Shown here in pieces: positions 8,226 to 16,386 of a stretch of 20,000 nucleotides of DNA. Position numbers and translations under genes: made by a program. Numbering within the stretch: position 1 is the stretch's first letter; each line of letters opens with the position of its first letter. The notes beneath the pieces are model-generated. The model searched no databases and was not told the origin of the DNA. It saw only the letters and a program-made list of their open reading frames with translations. This DNA is from an uncultured virus (IMG/VR IMGVR_UViG_3300043466_001742) (taxonomy: Duplodnaviria; Heunggongvirae; Uroviricota; Caudoviricetes), in IMG/VR virus record IMGVR_UViG_3300043466_001742, positions 54,096-74,095 of that record; one strand, written 5' to 3'.

Positions 8226-8919
8226 AAAAGAATATTATATGTTCTAACATATCTTGTTTTACATATGGTTTTTCTTCATCTGGAAATAGTATATCTTGTA
8301 AAAGGTCATAATCCTTAATTCTCTCACTAAACTCTTCTAAATTAAAAGAAAATACATCAAGAACCAAAGACTTAATACCATCTATATTATATTTTGAATC
8401 CGCAACAATTTTTATTTTAAAATCTTCATTTTCATTCATTTCTTTGGTAAAATAAAAATCTAAACGATTAACACCCATTGTATTGTATAAATGATTAAAA
8501 ATGTAGTGTGAATAATACACCATAAGACGACCACAATTATGACTATATCCGTATGGAAACTCTGATGATGTTGAAAGTTCCATAATTGGTTCTGGTTCAT
8601 CAACGAACACACTTTTATTTACATCAATCCAACCTTTCTCAATATTATTGATTTCTTGTCCATAACGAATAATATCAATTGTATTTATTTGGGTAATACC
8701 AACTTCATCTAAAATATCCTTGAACCACTCAAAAAAATCTGTTTTTATTTTTTCTAGATCTAAAATATCATTTGATGTTGTGTGACCGTGGATAACCATA
8801 AATGATTCACAATCTGTAACCTGGATGATTGAATTTTCTTTTTTGTCTATTCTTGTAAGAATAAAATCGGCAAATAGATTTACAATACCTCTCCTTGAAT
8901 TTTTGTTAATTTTTCTCAT
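8224..8919 (-). CDS. hypothetical protein; possibly a degenerate S-adenosylmethionine synthetase (MetK) homologue
   Basis: 231 aa ORF is solid; the MetK resemblance is by eye only and the catalytic signatures are absent. Confidence 0.7.
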   Translation of the reverse strand: MRKINKNSRRGIVNLFADFILTRIDKKENSIIQVTDCESFMVIHGHTTSNDILDLEKIKTDFFEWFKDILDEVGITQINTIDIIRYGQEINNIEKGWIDVNKSVFVDEPEPIMELSTSSEFPYGYSHNCGRLMVYYSHYIFNHLYNTMGVNRLDFYFTKEMNENEDFKIKIVADSKYNIDGIKSLVLDVFSFNLEEFSERIKDYDLLQDILFPDEEKPYVKQDMLEHIIFF

Positions 8920-8972
8920 ATTCCATCATTTTTTATAATGAATATGATTTTTAATTAAAAATCTAAATAGTT

Positions 8973-10094
8973 TTAGATATATTCACCAAAATAATCGTTA
9001 ATTGCTAAATCAACCTCTCTATAGTCTGGATAATCATCAACTCTAAAATCAATTGGTTCATAAATATCTTCACTGAATAATTGGTTCATCATTCCAGTAT
9101 AAGAACCAAAATATTCTAAAACACTTTCATTCCAGTCATCACCCAAGTTATTTTCAATAAAAGCTAAGACATTAGAATAAAAATCACGAATTTTAATATA
9201 TGAAATATATTTTGTTTTTTCACCAACTTTTGTTGCAATTTCATCAATTGGTGGAGAAAAATATTCTGTAAGACCATCCATAACTTGTTTATAAATCATA
9301 CTTTCATATGCGCTATTATAAGCGTTTTCGTGTATTGAATGTAATTCACTTTCTAAATCAGATAAATCACCATCCATTAGTTCTTCCATTGCTTCAGCAT
9401 CATTTATTAAAGGAATAACATCATCTTGTGTAATTTGGAACATACCATCACGAGCCTGAATCTGAGCCAATTCTTCAAAGAAATCAGAATTATAATCACT
9501 AACATTTAAATCTTTGTTTCCGATATGTTTTAAAATGTAATTTGCAAGATATTGAATATTTTTTTTGTTTAATACTTTAATAACATCTTCATAGACATCA
9601 TTTGTTGTATCCCAATATCTTCCATAATCTAAACCATCACCTAATGCTTGTTTTGCAATTTCTTGTAAGTCATAATCACTTCTTCTACTACTACTTCTAA
9701 AAAATTCTGCGAGTTCTTCTCTATCCCTTAATCTTAACCAATATCCATCACTCCTTGGTTCAACATCAGTTAACAAGTTGTCACATATAAACTTTAATGT
9801 TGAAACCTCGTCTCTGTTCATCATCCAAAGAAGATAGTAATTCCTTAAATGATCACTTAAATCGTTATACTTAACATCTTCCAAAAAACCATTTTCACTT
9901 AAAAAATCAAAAAGTTCTGGGTCTTTTTTAAATTCATTTGCTGGAATATAAGAAATATCTATGTTGTCTTTTTCACCAAATTTTATGGCGGAATTTAAGA
10001 AGTTTCTTGTTGTTACAAAAATTTTGAGTATTTCATCATACTCACTTTCTCTACCATCGTGAAACCATTCTAAAAATTGATCCAATCTTCCCAT
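8973..10094 (-). CDS. highly acidic hypothetical protein (373 aa)
   Basis: Long D/E/Y-rich ORF; TATTTATA on the minus strand at 10099-10106. Confidence 0.85.
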   Translation of the reverse strand: MGRLDQFLEWFHDGRESEYDEILKIFVTTRNFLNSAIKFGEKDNIDISYIPANEFKKDPELFDFLSENGFLEDVKYNDLSDHLRNYYLLWMMNRDEVSTLKFICDNLLTDVEPRSDGYWLRLRDREELAEFFRSSSRRSDYDLQEIAKQALGDGLDYGRYWDTTNDVYEDVIKVLNKKNIQYLANYILKHIGNKDLNVSDYNSDFFEELAQIQARDGMFQITQDDVIPLINDAEAMEELMDGDLSDLESELHSIHENAYNSAYESMIYKQVMDGLTEYFSPPIDEIATKVGEKTKYISYIKIRDFYSNVLAFIENNLGDDWNESVLEYFGSYTGMMNQLFSEDIYEPIDFRVDDYPDYREVDLAINDYFGEYI

Positions 10095-10107
10095 ATTTTA
10101 TAAATAT

Positions 10108-10137
10108 AAAAAAAGGTGGAAAATTACTTCCACCTTT
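10108..10137 (-). terminator. intrinsic terminator after the 47 aa ORF
   Basis: Minus strand AAAGGTGGAA-GTAATT-TTCCACCTTT plus T-run. Confidence 0.8.
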
Positions 10138-10160
10138 AATTTTTCTTTGGCCAAAGGAAA

Positions 10161-10304
10161 TTATTTTTTGTTGTAATATTTCTCAACGATTTTTTTTACT
10201 GAATCTTTTACAGAGTCAGTAGTTTTAGCTTGTTCAGATACAGTTTTTTGTACTGGTTGTTGAGCAGCTTGTTGATTTCCTTTGTTTTTACATCCACAAC
10301 TCAT
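10161..10304 (-). CDS. 47 aa MSCGCK micro-protein (not in ORF track)
   Basis: MSCGCKNKGNQQAAQQPVQKTVSEQAKTTDSVKDSVKKIVEKYYNKK; upstream TATTTAT (10335-10341, minus) and downstream terminator. Confidence 0.8.
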   Translation of the reverse strand: MSCGCKNKGNQQAAQQPVQKTVSEQAKTTDSVKDSVKKIVEKYYNKK

Positions 10305-10386
10305 AATGATTTGTTTTTACAAGTTTATTTATTCATAAATATTACAATACATTCATATTTGTAAAGTTTTAAGTATTTATTATTAT

Positions 10387-11895
10387 ATGAAACGAATTTT
10401 AAGACTTACAGAATCAAATTTGATTAAGTTGGTTAAGGATATTATTAGAGAACAAGAAGTGGAGGAAGTAAGATTTACCCCAGAAGAATATACAATGCTT
10501 TTAAGAAATGTGGGATATAATGCACATTTAATTCCAAAAATGCCAAAATTTAAAAATAAAAAAATTGTTGTAACTGGTAGTTTAAAATTAAACGGTACTG
10601 ATAGTAATAATTTAATAGATCTTGGACCAATTAGAATTGAGGGTGATTTAGAGGTTAGTCACACTAAAATAAAAAATCTTGACGACACCGAAGTTACCGG
10701 AAGTAAAAGGTATTGGAGCACACCTTATTATGATTTAGTCCAAAGAAGAATACAACAAGAAAAATATAGAGAACAGGAAGAACGGAGAAGAAATGATGTA
10801 TGGAATCTGACCAATACAGATGATGAAGGATTAAGAGCAAATGCTGCCTTTTTATATGCGATGGAAAGAGGTGATGTTAGTGGTTTAACGGACGATGATA
10901 GAGAAAGAGCCAAAGAAATTGAGGAAGAAATTCAAAGACTTGAAGAAGAACAACAAAATTTGGACCTAGATGATGAAGATTATAGTGAAAAATTTGATGA
11001 GATTACAGATAAACAATTAGAACTTGAAGAAGAAAGAGATGAGTTAATTTCAGGAAAATCCGATGTTTATGATTTCTATCCGAGTGGAACTAACTATAGA
11101 ATGGATAGTTTTGAATGTTTATCAACCGGTTATGAATATACCGTTGGAACAGAATCTGAAGCTGATTTTGCTATGGAGGATTACTACGAAGAATGGGCCG
11201 AGAATCCAGAACATTATATCAGTAAAGACCGACTATCTTATTATATAGATGGAGACGCTTTAGCCGAAGGTTGGGAAGACATAGTAAGAGATTGGATATA
11301 TGAAGAACCAGAGTCTTATAATGTTGAAAAACAATTAAGCTCAGACCAAAAAGAAGAAATTTGGGTACTTGAAATGGAAAAATATATTCTTGAAAATACC
11401 GGTGTAAGATTTCCAATTCTATACCCAACAAAAAAAGATGGCTTTTTTGATTTTATGGATGAAGAAGATAATCATTTCCAATATAAAGAAGAAGGCGACA
11501 ATTGGTTTTTATACAAAGATGGTGTAAGAGTAGATCCTAATAACATATACGATGACGAGGACACACAAGATCATCAAGATGATAGAGATAGTAGAATATC
11601 AGATATTGAATATGAGATTGAAGAAATAAAAGATAATCCAGATGGCGACCCAAGTGATGATGATATTGAAGAAGCTGTTGAAGATTATTTGGACGAAATA
11701 AGGAGAAGACCTGCTGAATGGTTAGATGAAATGGGTTTTGGTGGTGATGAGCTTTACAATTATATTGACAAGGATCGACTAAAAGACGATTTGATTAGAG
11801 ATAGTGATTATGGTGAAACTTTGAGTTCATACGACGGACAATACAGCATGATTGATGTCGGTGATAAAGAATTTGTTGTAATGAGAACCAACTAA
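10387..11895 (+). CDS. highly acidic protein with N-terminal leader (putative internal virion protein)
   Basis: MKRILRLTESNLIKLVKDIIRE leader, short VxGxL beta/LRR-like repeat, coiled coil, D/E-rich body; TATTTATT at 10374-10381. Confidence 0.85.
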   Translation: MKRILRLTESNLIKLVKDIIREQEVEEVRFTPEEYTMLLRNVGYNAHLIPKMPKFKNKKIVVTGSLKLNGTDSNNLIDLGPIRIEGDLEVSHTKIKNLDDTEVTGSKRYWSTPYYDLVQRRIQQEKYREQEERRRNDVWNLTNTDDEGLRANAAFLYAMERGDVSGLTDDDRERAKEIEEEIQRLEEEQQNLDLDDEDYSEKFDEITDKQLELEEERDELISGKSDVYDFYPSGTNYRMDSFECLSTGYEYTVGTESEADFAMEDYYEEWAENPEHYISKDRLSYYIDGDALAEGWEDIVRDWIYEEPESYNVEKQLSSDQKEEIWVLEMEKYILENTGVRFPILYPTKKDGFFDFMDEEDNHFQYKEEGDNWFLYKDGVRVDPNNIYDDEDTQDHQDDRDSRISDIEYEIEEIKDNPDGDPSDDDIEEAVEDYLDEIRRRPAEWLDEMGFGGDELYNYIDKDRLKDDLIRDSDYGETLSSYDGQYSMIDVGDKEFVVMRTN

Positions 11896-11933
11896 TATTT
11901 ACTGAAAATATTATATGATTATTATTATGTCAA

Positions 11934-12710
11934 ATGGCAAAGAAAAAGAAGATAGAATTTTTAATGAACACCGAATGGATGTTTGAAAAACCAATTGACA
12001 AGGAACACAAAGAATATAAATTACTTTCTTATTTCCAAAAAATGGGTGAAAAACTAGATAATTTGGAATTATACCCAGGATTTATTGAACTTGCATTACA
12101 TTTGGCAAATGTTCAAACACTTGTAAAAGACAAAAAAATTCTATACACAAACAAAAGATTTTCTTCAATTGACGATGAACTATTGGTGAAAGATTTAAAG
12201 ATTAAAGATGTTCCAGAAATGACAAAGGACGAGCATGAAGAATTTATCCAAATTTTATCATATACAACACCAAGAATGATTGAATACTTTAATATTGCCA
12301 AATCTGTTTGGGAACTTGTTTTTGATAAGATTTATTTGGTTGTTAAAAAAAACAAAGAAAATATTATAAATGATTCTGGTTTTATGTATTTTAATGATAA
12401 GAAAAACAAAAGAATTATTGTTTGGGAATATGAAAAAAAACCAGTTGCTAAAGGATCACCGGAAAATAAGTTAATCACAAAAATAATTTATGATGGAGAA
12501 AGAAATAATTTGACTCCCTCAAGAATAATATCTACATTTAGTTTATTGGAAGATAAAAAGAAATTATCAGTAGTTGAAATGGTAAGTAATGGTGATTTTC
12601 CTTTAGAAGAAACTTTATTACCATTATTCAAGAGAAAACTAATTTCTTATATTGAACAGAAAAAAATAGTTGAATATTATAAAAGTGTTAAAACAGAACA
12701 AGATGAATGA
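11934..12710 (+). CDS. hypothetical protein (258 aa)
   Basis: Long ORF with W..EKPIDxEHKEYKLLSY motif; upstream TTTAC-N17-TATTATT. Confidence 0.85.
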   Translation: MAKKKKIEFLMNTEWMFEKPIDKEHKEYKLLSYFQKMGEKLDNLELYPGFIELALHLANVQTLVKDKKILYTNKRFSSIDDELLVKDLKIKDVPEMTKDEHEEFIQILSYTTPRMIEYFNIAKSVWELVFDKIYLVVKKNKENIINDSGFMYFNDKKNKRIIVWEYEKKPVAKGSPENKLITKIIYDGERNNLTPSRIISTFSLLEDKKKLSVVEMVSNGDFPLEETLLPLFKRKLISYIEQKKIVEYYKSVKTEQDE

Positions 12711-12813
12711 GAAAGAACTTATTGAATTAGTAAAAAAATTTCCTAACGATTATGATTTGGGTGAAGAGATTAGAAGAATCGTAAATGAACTTAAACAAAA
12801 AAATGGAAAATAA
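12703..12813 (+). CDS. 36 aa hypothetical protein with PNDxxLG motif (not in ORF track)
   Basis: MNEKELIELVKKFPNDYDLGEEIRRIVNELKQKNGK; overlaps the previous stop and the next ATG (12803). Confidence 0.75.
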   Translation: MNEKELIELVKKFPNDYDLGEEIRRIVNELKQKNGK

Positions 12814-13030
12814 GGAACAGGTAAATCATCCTAATCATTATGGTGGAGAAACGAACATTTATGAAGCCATAAAGGTGATTGATGCTTGGAACCTTGGATT
12901 TTCATTGGGCAACACGGTAAAATACATTTCAAGAGCCGGAAAGAAAGATCCGGATAAGGAAATACAAGATTTGGAAAAAGCTGCGTGGTATTTAAAACAT
13001 CATATTGATACATTAAAATCTAATCGTTAA
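12803..13030 (+). CDS. DUF3310 protein (T7 gp1.7-like nucleotide kinase / SaV-like)
   Basis: VNHPNHY, EAIKVI, GFSLGNTVKYISRAGKK, DLEKAAWYL; ATG 12803 preferred over 12785. Confidence 0.9.
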   Translation: MENKEQVNHPNHYGGETNIYEAIKVIDAWNLGFSLGNTVKYISRAGKKDPDKEIQDLEKAAWYLKHHIDTLKSNR

Positions 13031-13367
13031 AAACGATTAAATCACCAATCTCAATATCATACTCATTACAGAAACCACCTCTAACTTCTAGGATCAGATT
13101 ACCAGTTCCCTTATACCTTTTACAAGGTTCTTCCCTACAAGGCTTACAGTTGTGATGTATCTTTGTGATTCTATTATCTTCAATAAAGATAATGTCCAAT
13201 GGTATTATACAATCTTTCATCCAGAAAGAATGTTCATCATCATTCATAAGAAATAACATACCATCAAATTCGTTTGAAAATTTTCTACCCATCATTCCTT
13301 TTTGAATGTCTTTTGAATTCATTACACATTTTACATTCAACAGATTATTATTAAGTAAAATCTCCAT
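13020..13367 (-). CDS. DUF192 family protein
   Basis: KGMMGR, GMLF, FWMKDCIIPLDIIFI, ILEVRGG, IEIGD motifs. Confidence 0.9.
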   Translation of the reverse strand: MEILLNNNLLNVKCVMNSKDIQKGMMGRKFSNEFDGMLFLMNDDEHSFWMKDCIIPLDIIFIEDNRITKIHHNCKPCREEPCKRYKGTGNLILEVRGGFCNEYDIEIGDLIVFND

Positions 13368-13380
13368 ATTTATATAAATA
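13367..13380. promoter_or_regulatory. palindromic double TATTTATA element between divergent genes
   Basis: TATTTATATAAATA is a perfect palindrome, giving one motif copy per strand in a 19-nt gap. Confidence 0.65.
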
Positions 13381-13386
13381 TATCTT

Positions 13387-13803
13387 ATGTCTGAATTAAA
13401 AAAAATAGCCGGAGTTGTTGTTAAATATAATGGTAAATTACTTTTGTGTAAAAGATCAAAAAACGAATCTTTACCATTGGAATGGTCTATACCATCTGGA
13501 CATATGGATAAAGATGAATTACCAATTGATGCTGCAGTTAGAGAATTTAAGGAAGAAACGCATTTGAAAATTGATAAAAAAAATTTGAATCTTATTGGTA
13601 TTTTAAATGGTTATATAAAAAACAAAACGGAGAAAACCAAAATTATATTTGTTTATGGATATAATTCGGATAAGGAACTAATTCCGGATTTAAAAAAGGC
13701 TAAAGATGGTAAAGAACATACTGAATGTAGGTATTTTACTAAAAATGACCTTCCGGAGACAAAAAAAACAAAAAATATGATGGAAATTTTGAAAAATTTT
13801 TGA
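13387..13803 (+). CDS. Nudix hydrolase
   Basis: Nudix box GHMDKDELPIDAAVREFKEETHL preceded by LLLCKR..WSIP. Confidence 0.92.
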   Translation: MSELKKIAGVVVKYNGKLLLCKRSKNESLPLEWSIPSGHMDKDELPIDAAVREFKEETHLKIDKKNLNLIGILNGYIKNKTEKTKIIFVYGYNSDKELIPDLKKAKDGKEHTECRYFTKNDLPETKKTKNMMEILKNF

Positions 13804-13822
13804 CTTTTCGTGAATTTCATAG

Positions 13823-13917
13823 TATTTATAAAACACAAAAAAACCACATATCCTTCTTATTTTGTTGGTAATAATTTAAAATCTCATAGATTAGTAATAT
13901 AATTTGTGAGATTTTTT
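13823..13917 (+). ncRNA. candidate small RNA (about 85 nt) with its own promoter motif and terminator
   Basis: TATTTATA at 13823-13830, no ATG-initiated ORF, 16-bp hairpin 13878-13893/13900-13915 with T-run. Confidence 0.4.
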
Positions 13918-13946
13918 GTTTTATATCAAAAAGTTCATTATATTTG
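13915..13946 (+). promoter_or_regulatory. Bacteroidota primary-sigma promoter
   Basis: TTTG 13915-13918, N20, TATATTTG 13939-13946. Confidence 0.75.
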
Positions 13947-13950
13947 TAAT

Positions 13951-14223
13951 ATGAAATTAGGATTTAACATAAGAATATTACACGAAACCTTTGGTGAATT
14001 ACTAAATGAAACATTTATGGATCAGACACAATTCAAATTATTTTTGAAGATGGTTCATGCAAGTGTTGAATTAAAAGAGAATTTATCTTTTTTTAATGGA
14101 GATACATTTTATGTAAATATACCAGCAAAAACATTGGGTGATTGTATCATAGTTACAAACACAAAAGAAATATCAATAACCGAACAGGTTAAAAGTAAGA
14201 TTGAGGCGTTGGTTACAAAATAG
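13951..14223 (+). CDS. hypothetical protein (90 aa; start re-assigned from 13906)
   Basis: ATG 13951 lies 4 nt after the -7 box; the track's GTG 13906 falls inside the terminator hairpin. Confidence 0.75.
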   Translation: MKLGFNIRILHETFGELLNETFMDQTQFKLFLKMVHASVELKENLSFFNGDTFYVNIPAKTLGDCIIVTNTKEISITEQVKSKIEALVTK

Positions 14224-14282
14224 TTTCCTTGTTCTATCAAAACAAGGTGGTGGAGAGTTGACATTCAATGTCGACCCAAATT

Positions 14283-14310
14283 AAAGGAATCAGAAATGGT
14301 TCCTTTTCTT
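14283..14310 (+). terminator. intrinsic terminator with GAAA tetraloop
   Basis: AAAGGAATCA-GAAA-TGGTTCCTTT then TCTT. Confidence 0.8.
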
Positions 14311-14339
14311 GTTTTTATAAGATATTTTTTTTAATTTTG
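14308..14339 (+). promoter_or_regulatory. Bacteroidota primary-sigma promoter
   Basis: CTTG 14308-14311, N20, TAATTTTG 14332-14339. Confidence 0.6.
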
Positions 14340-14343
14340 TTTT

Positions 14344-14736
14344 ATGGAAAAAATACTTGTGATATGCCGCGGGATTTGTGGTGCTGGAAAATCAACATTT
14401 GCTAAAACTTTAGGTGGAAAACATTATGAAGCTGATATGTATTTTATTGATCCAAATACCGGTGAATATAAATTTGATGGGACAAAAATTAAAAATGCTC
14501 ATACTTGGTGTTTAGATAAGGTTAAAACCGATATGGCCGTTGCTCGTGAAAAAATTGTTGTCTCAAACACCTTTACACAAGAATGGGAGATGACACCATA
14601 TTTTGATTTAGCAAAAGAATTTGGATATAAAGTTTTTACTATAATTGTTGAAAATCGTCACGGAAATACCAACGAACACAATGTTCCAGAAGATAAGATA
14701 GAACAAATGAAAAATCGTTTTAGTATAAAATTATGA
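14344..14736 (+). CDS. P-loop kinase (AAA_33 / polynucleotide-kinase-like)
   Basis: Walker A RGICGAGKSTFA; EADMYF, VVSNTF, HNVP..I..M..RF. Confidence 0.88.
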   Translation: MEKILVICRGICGAGKSTFAKTLGGKHYEADMYFIDPNTGEYKFDGTKIKNAHTWCLDKVKTDMAVAREKIVVSNTFTQEWEMTPYFDLAKEFGYKVFTIIVENRHGNTNEHNVPEDKIEQMKNRFSIKL

Positions 14737-15695
14737 GTAGATTAGACAGATTAAAAGAACAACATCCGGATTTGAACATATCACTAATTGATATTATTTC
14801 ACATTTGGATCCAACGGATTCTTACAAATATACAGAGTTCTTAATTAAGAATTTTAAAAGAGATAGTGATTATTATAGTTCTAACAAAGATGAATTTATG
14901 GGATATATGGGTATATTCCTATTTGGTTCCGGTGAGGTTGAAACTCTAAATGAATTTGAAAGACATTCAAAGGCAAATAGAATTAAAATTAAAGATATTA
15001 GTCAATACAAAAATTTTTTAGAATTAAACGAAGCCGTTAAAGTCGCCGAAGAAATTGAAAACAGAAAAAAAATTGAAAAAGAAATATTAAATATTCACGA
15101 AGATGAAACCTGGTTTATTCTAACACCATTAAGTTTTGAAGCATCTAAAGTATATGGTACAAACACAAAATGGTGTGTAACACAAGAAAAATATTGGAAT
15201 CAATATTTAACAACACATAGGTTGATTTATGTTTTAAATAAAAAAACGGATACAAAAATCGCATTCTCAAGAGAGTTTAGAAATGAAAAGTTCCAAGCTT
15301 GGGATCAACAAGATAGAGAAGTTGATCCAATGTTTATTGACTTTATTCCGGATGAATTGTTTTTAAAAATTAGAAAAGAACTACAAAGGGATAAGACAAC
15401 TGGAGATTTAATTGGTTGGGGTGATAATGTGAAAAGTGTAAGAAAAATAGCTGACTACCCAATTAGTGATAGAATATTAACAAATGATCCACATTTTTAT
15501 GGACATACCATATCTGGAAACGCGAATTATGGGGATATTGTTATAAGTAATCCTCAACCGAGTACAACTGGAAATATCCAACTTGGTAGGATTAAAGAAT
15601 TGTTAGGACTATCGAGTGCAACGATAGGATTAAATAATACCATAGATTATAATTATTTAGATGAAGATTATAATTATTTAGATGATTTACCTTAA
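14733..15695 (+). CDS. hypothetical protein with 'YG..TKWC' domain
   Basis: ATGA overlap with the kinase; KDISQY..F.EL and P.SFEAS..YG.NTKWCVT motifs; low-complexity C-tail. Confidence 0.85.
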   Translation: MSRLDRLKEQHPDLNISLIDIISHLDPTDSYKYTEFLIKNFKRDSDYYSSNKDEFMGYMGIFLFGSGEVETLNEFERHSKANRIKIKDISQYKNFLELNEAVKVAEEIENRKKIEKEILNIHEDETWFILTPLSFEASKVYGTNTKWCVTQEKYWNQYLTTHRLIYVLNKKTDTKIAFSREFRNEKFQAWDQQDREVDPMFIDFIPDELFLKIRKELQRDKTTGDLIGWGDNVKSVRKIADYPISDRILTNDPHFYGHTISGNANYGDIVISNPQPSTTGNIQLGRIKELLGLSSATIGLNNTIDYNYLDEDYNYLDDLP

Positions 15696-15706
15696 AGATA
15701 AAAACT

Positions 15707-16360
15707 ATGAAATTTAAAACATTAGAAACAATAGGAAAAGTGTTTATAGTGAGCGATACACATTTCGGACACCAAAATATTTGTCGTGGTGTGACGAATT
15801 GGAGAACTCAAGATGGAAAAATTCCAGTTGATTCAACAAGAGATTTTCAAACTATCGAGCAGATGAACCAACGATTGGTAGATGGAATTAACAATATGGT
15901 GGGTCAGGACGATACATTGATTATGTTAGGTGATGTTTCATTTGGTGGGTTTGAGAATATTGGTATTTTCTTAGAAAGATTGATTTGTAAAAACATTCAT
16001 CTAATACTTGGTAATCACGACCAACATATAGTTAATAACAAAGAAAATATCCAATCAAGATTTTTAAGTGTAAATCACTACTTGGAAGTTAGAATAAATG
16101 ACAGAAACTTTGTTTTATGTCATTATCCATTACAAAGTTGGAATGGTCTTAACAAAGGTGTTATCCATTTACACGGACACTCACACCTTGGACGAGAAGC
16201 CAAATTCGGTAATGGTAAAAAAATGGATGTTGGTGTTGATGGAAATGGATTGGACCCATATAGTATTGATGAAATAATCAAAATTATGGATAAAAGACCA
16301 GTTGGGTCCGATATGTCTGGAGATCACCACCTGGATGATTTAGTTGGTGTTGTTGGATAA
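15707..16360 (+). CDS. calcineurin-like metallophosphoesterase
   Basis: SDTHFGH, LGDV, LGNHD, CHYP, LHGHSH, DVGVD motifs. Confidence 0.93.
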   Translation: MKFKTLETIGKVFIVSDTHFGHQNICRGVTNWRTQDGKIPVDSTRDFQTIEQMNQRLVDGINNMVGQDDTLIMLGDVSFGGFENIGIFLERLICKNIHLILGNHDQHIVNNKENIQSRFLSVNHYLEVRINDRNFVLCHYPLQSWNGLNKGVIHLHGHSHLGREAKFGNGKKMDVGVDGNGLDPYSIDEIIKIMDKRPVGSDMSGDHHLDDLVGVVG

Positions 16361-16386
16361 ACTATAACTCCAATATATTTATTATT

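Noticed and set aside
1214..13847. Track ORFs 1214-1489(-), 4143-4355(-), 4201-4383(+), 10728-10913(-), 11063-11248(+), 11219-11431(-), 12113-12301(-), 12831-13013(-), 13653-13847(-)
   Set aside because: Shadow frames lying in or over longer, better-supported genes, with antisense-type composition and no motifs.
13906..13950. N-terminal extension of the 105 aa ORF
   Set aside because: It overlaps a terminator and a promoter; ATG 13951 fits the 4-nt promoter spacing.
14224..14310. tRNA gene
   Set aside because: No cloverleaf, T-loop GTTC consensus in position, or acceptor stem could be formed.
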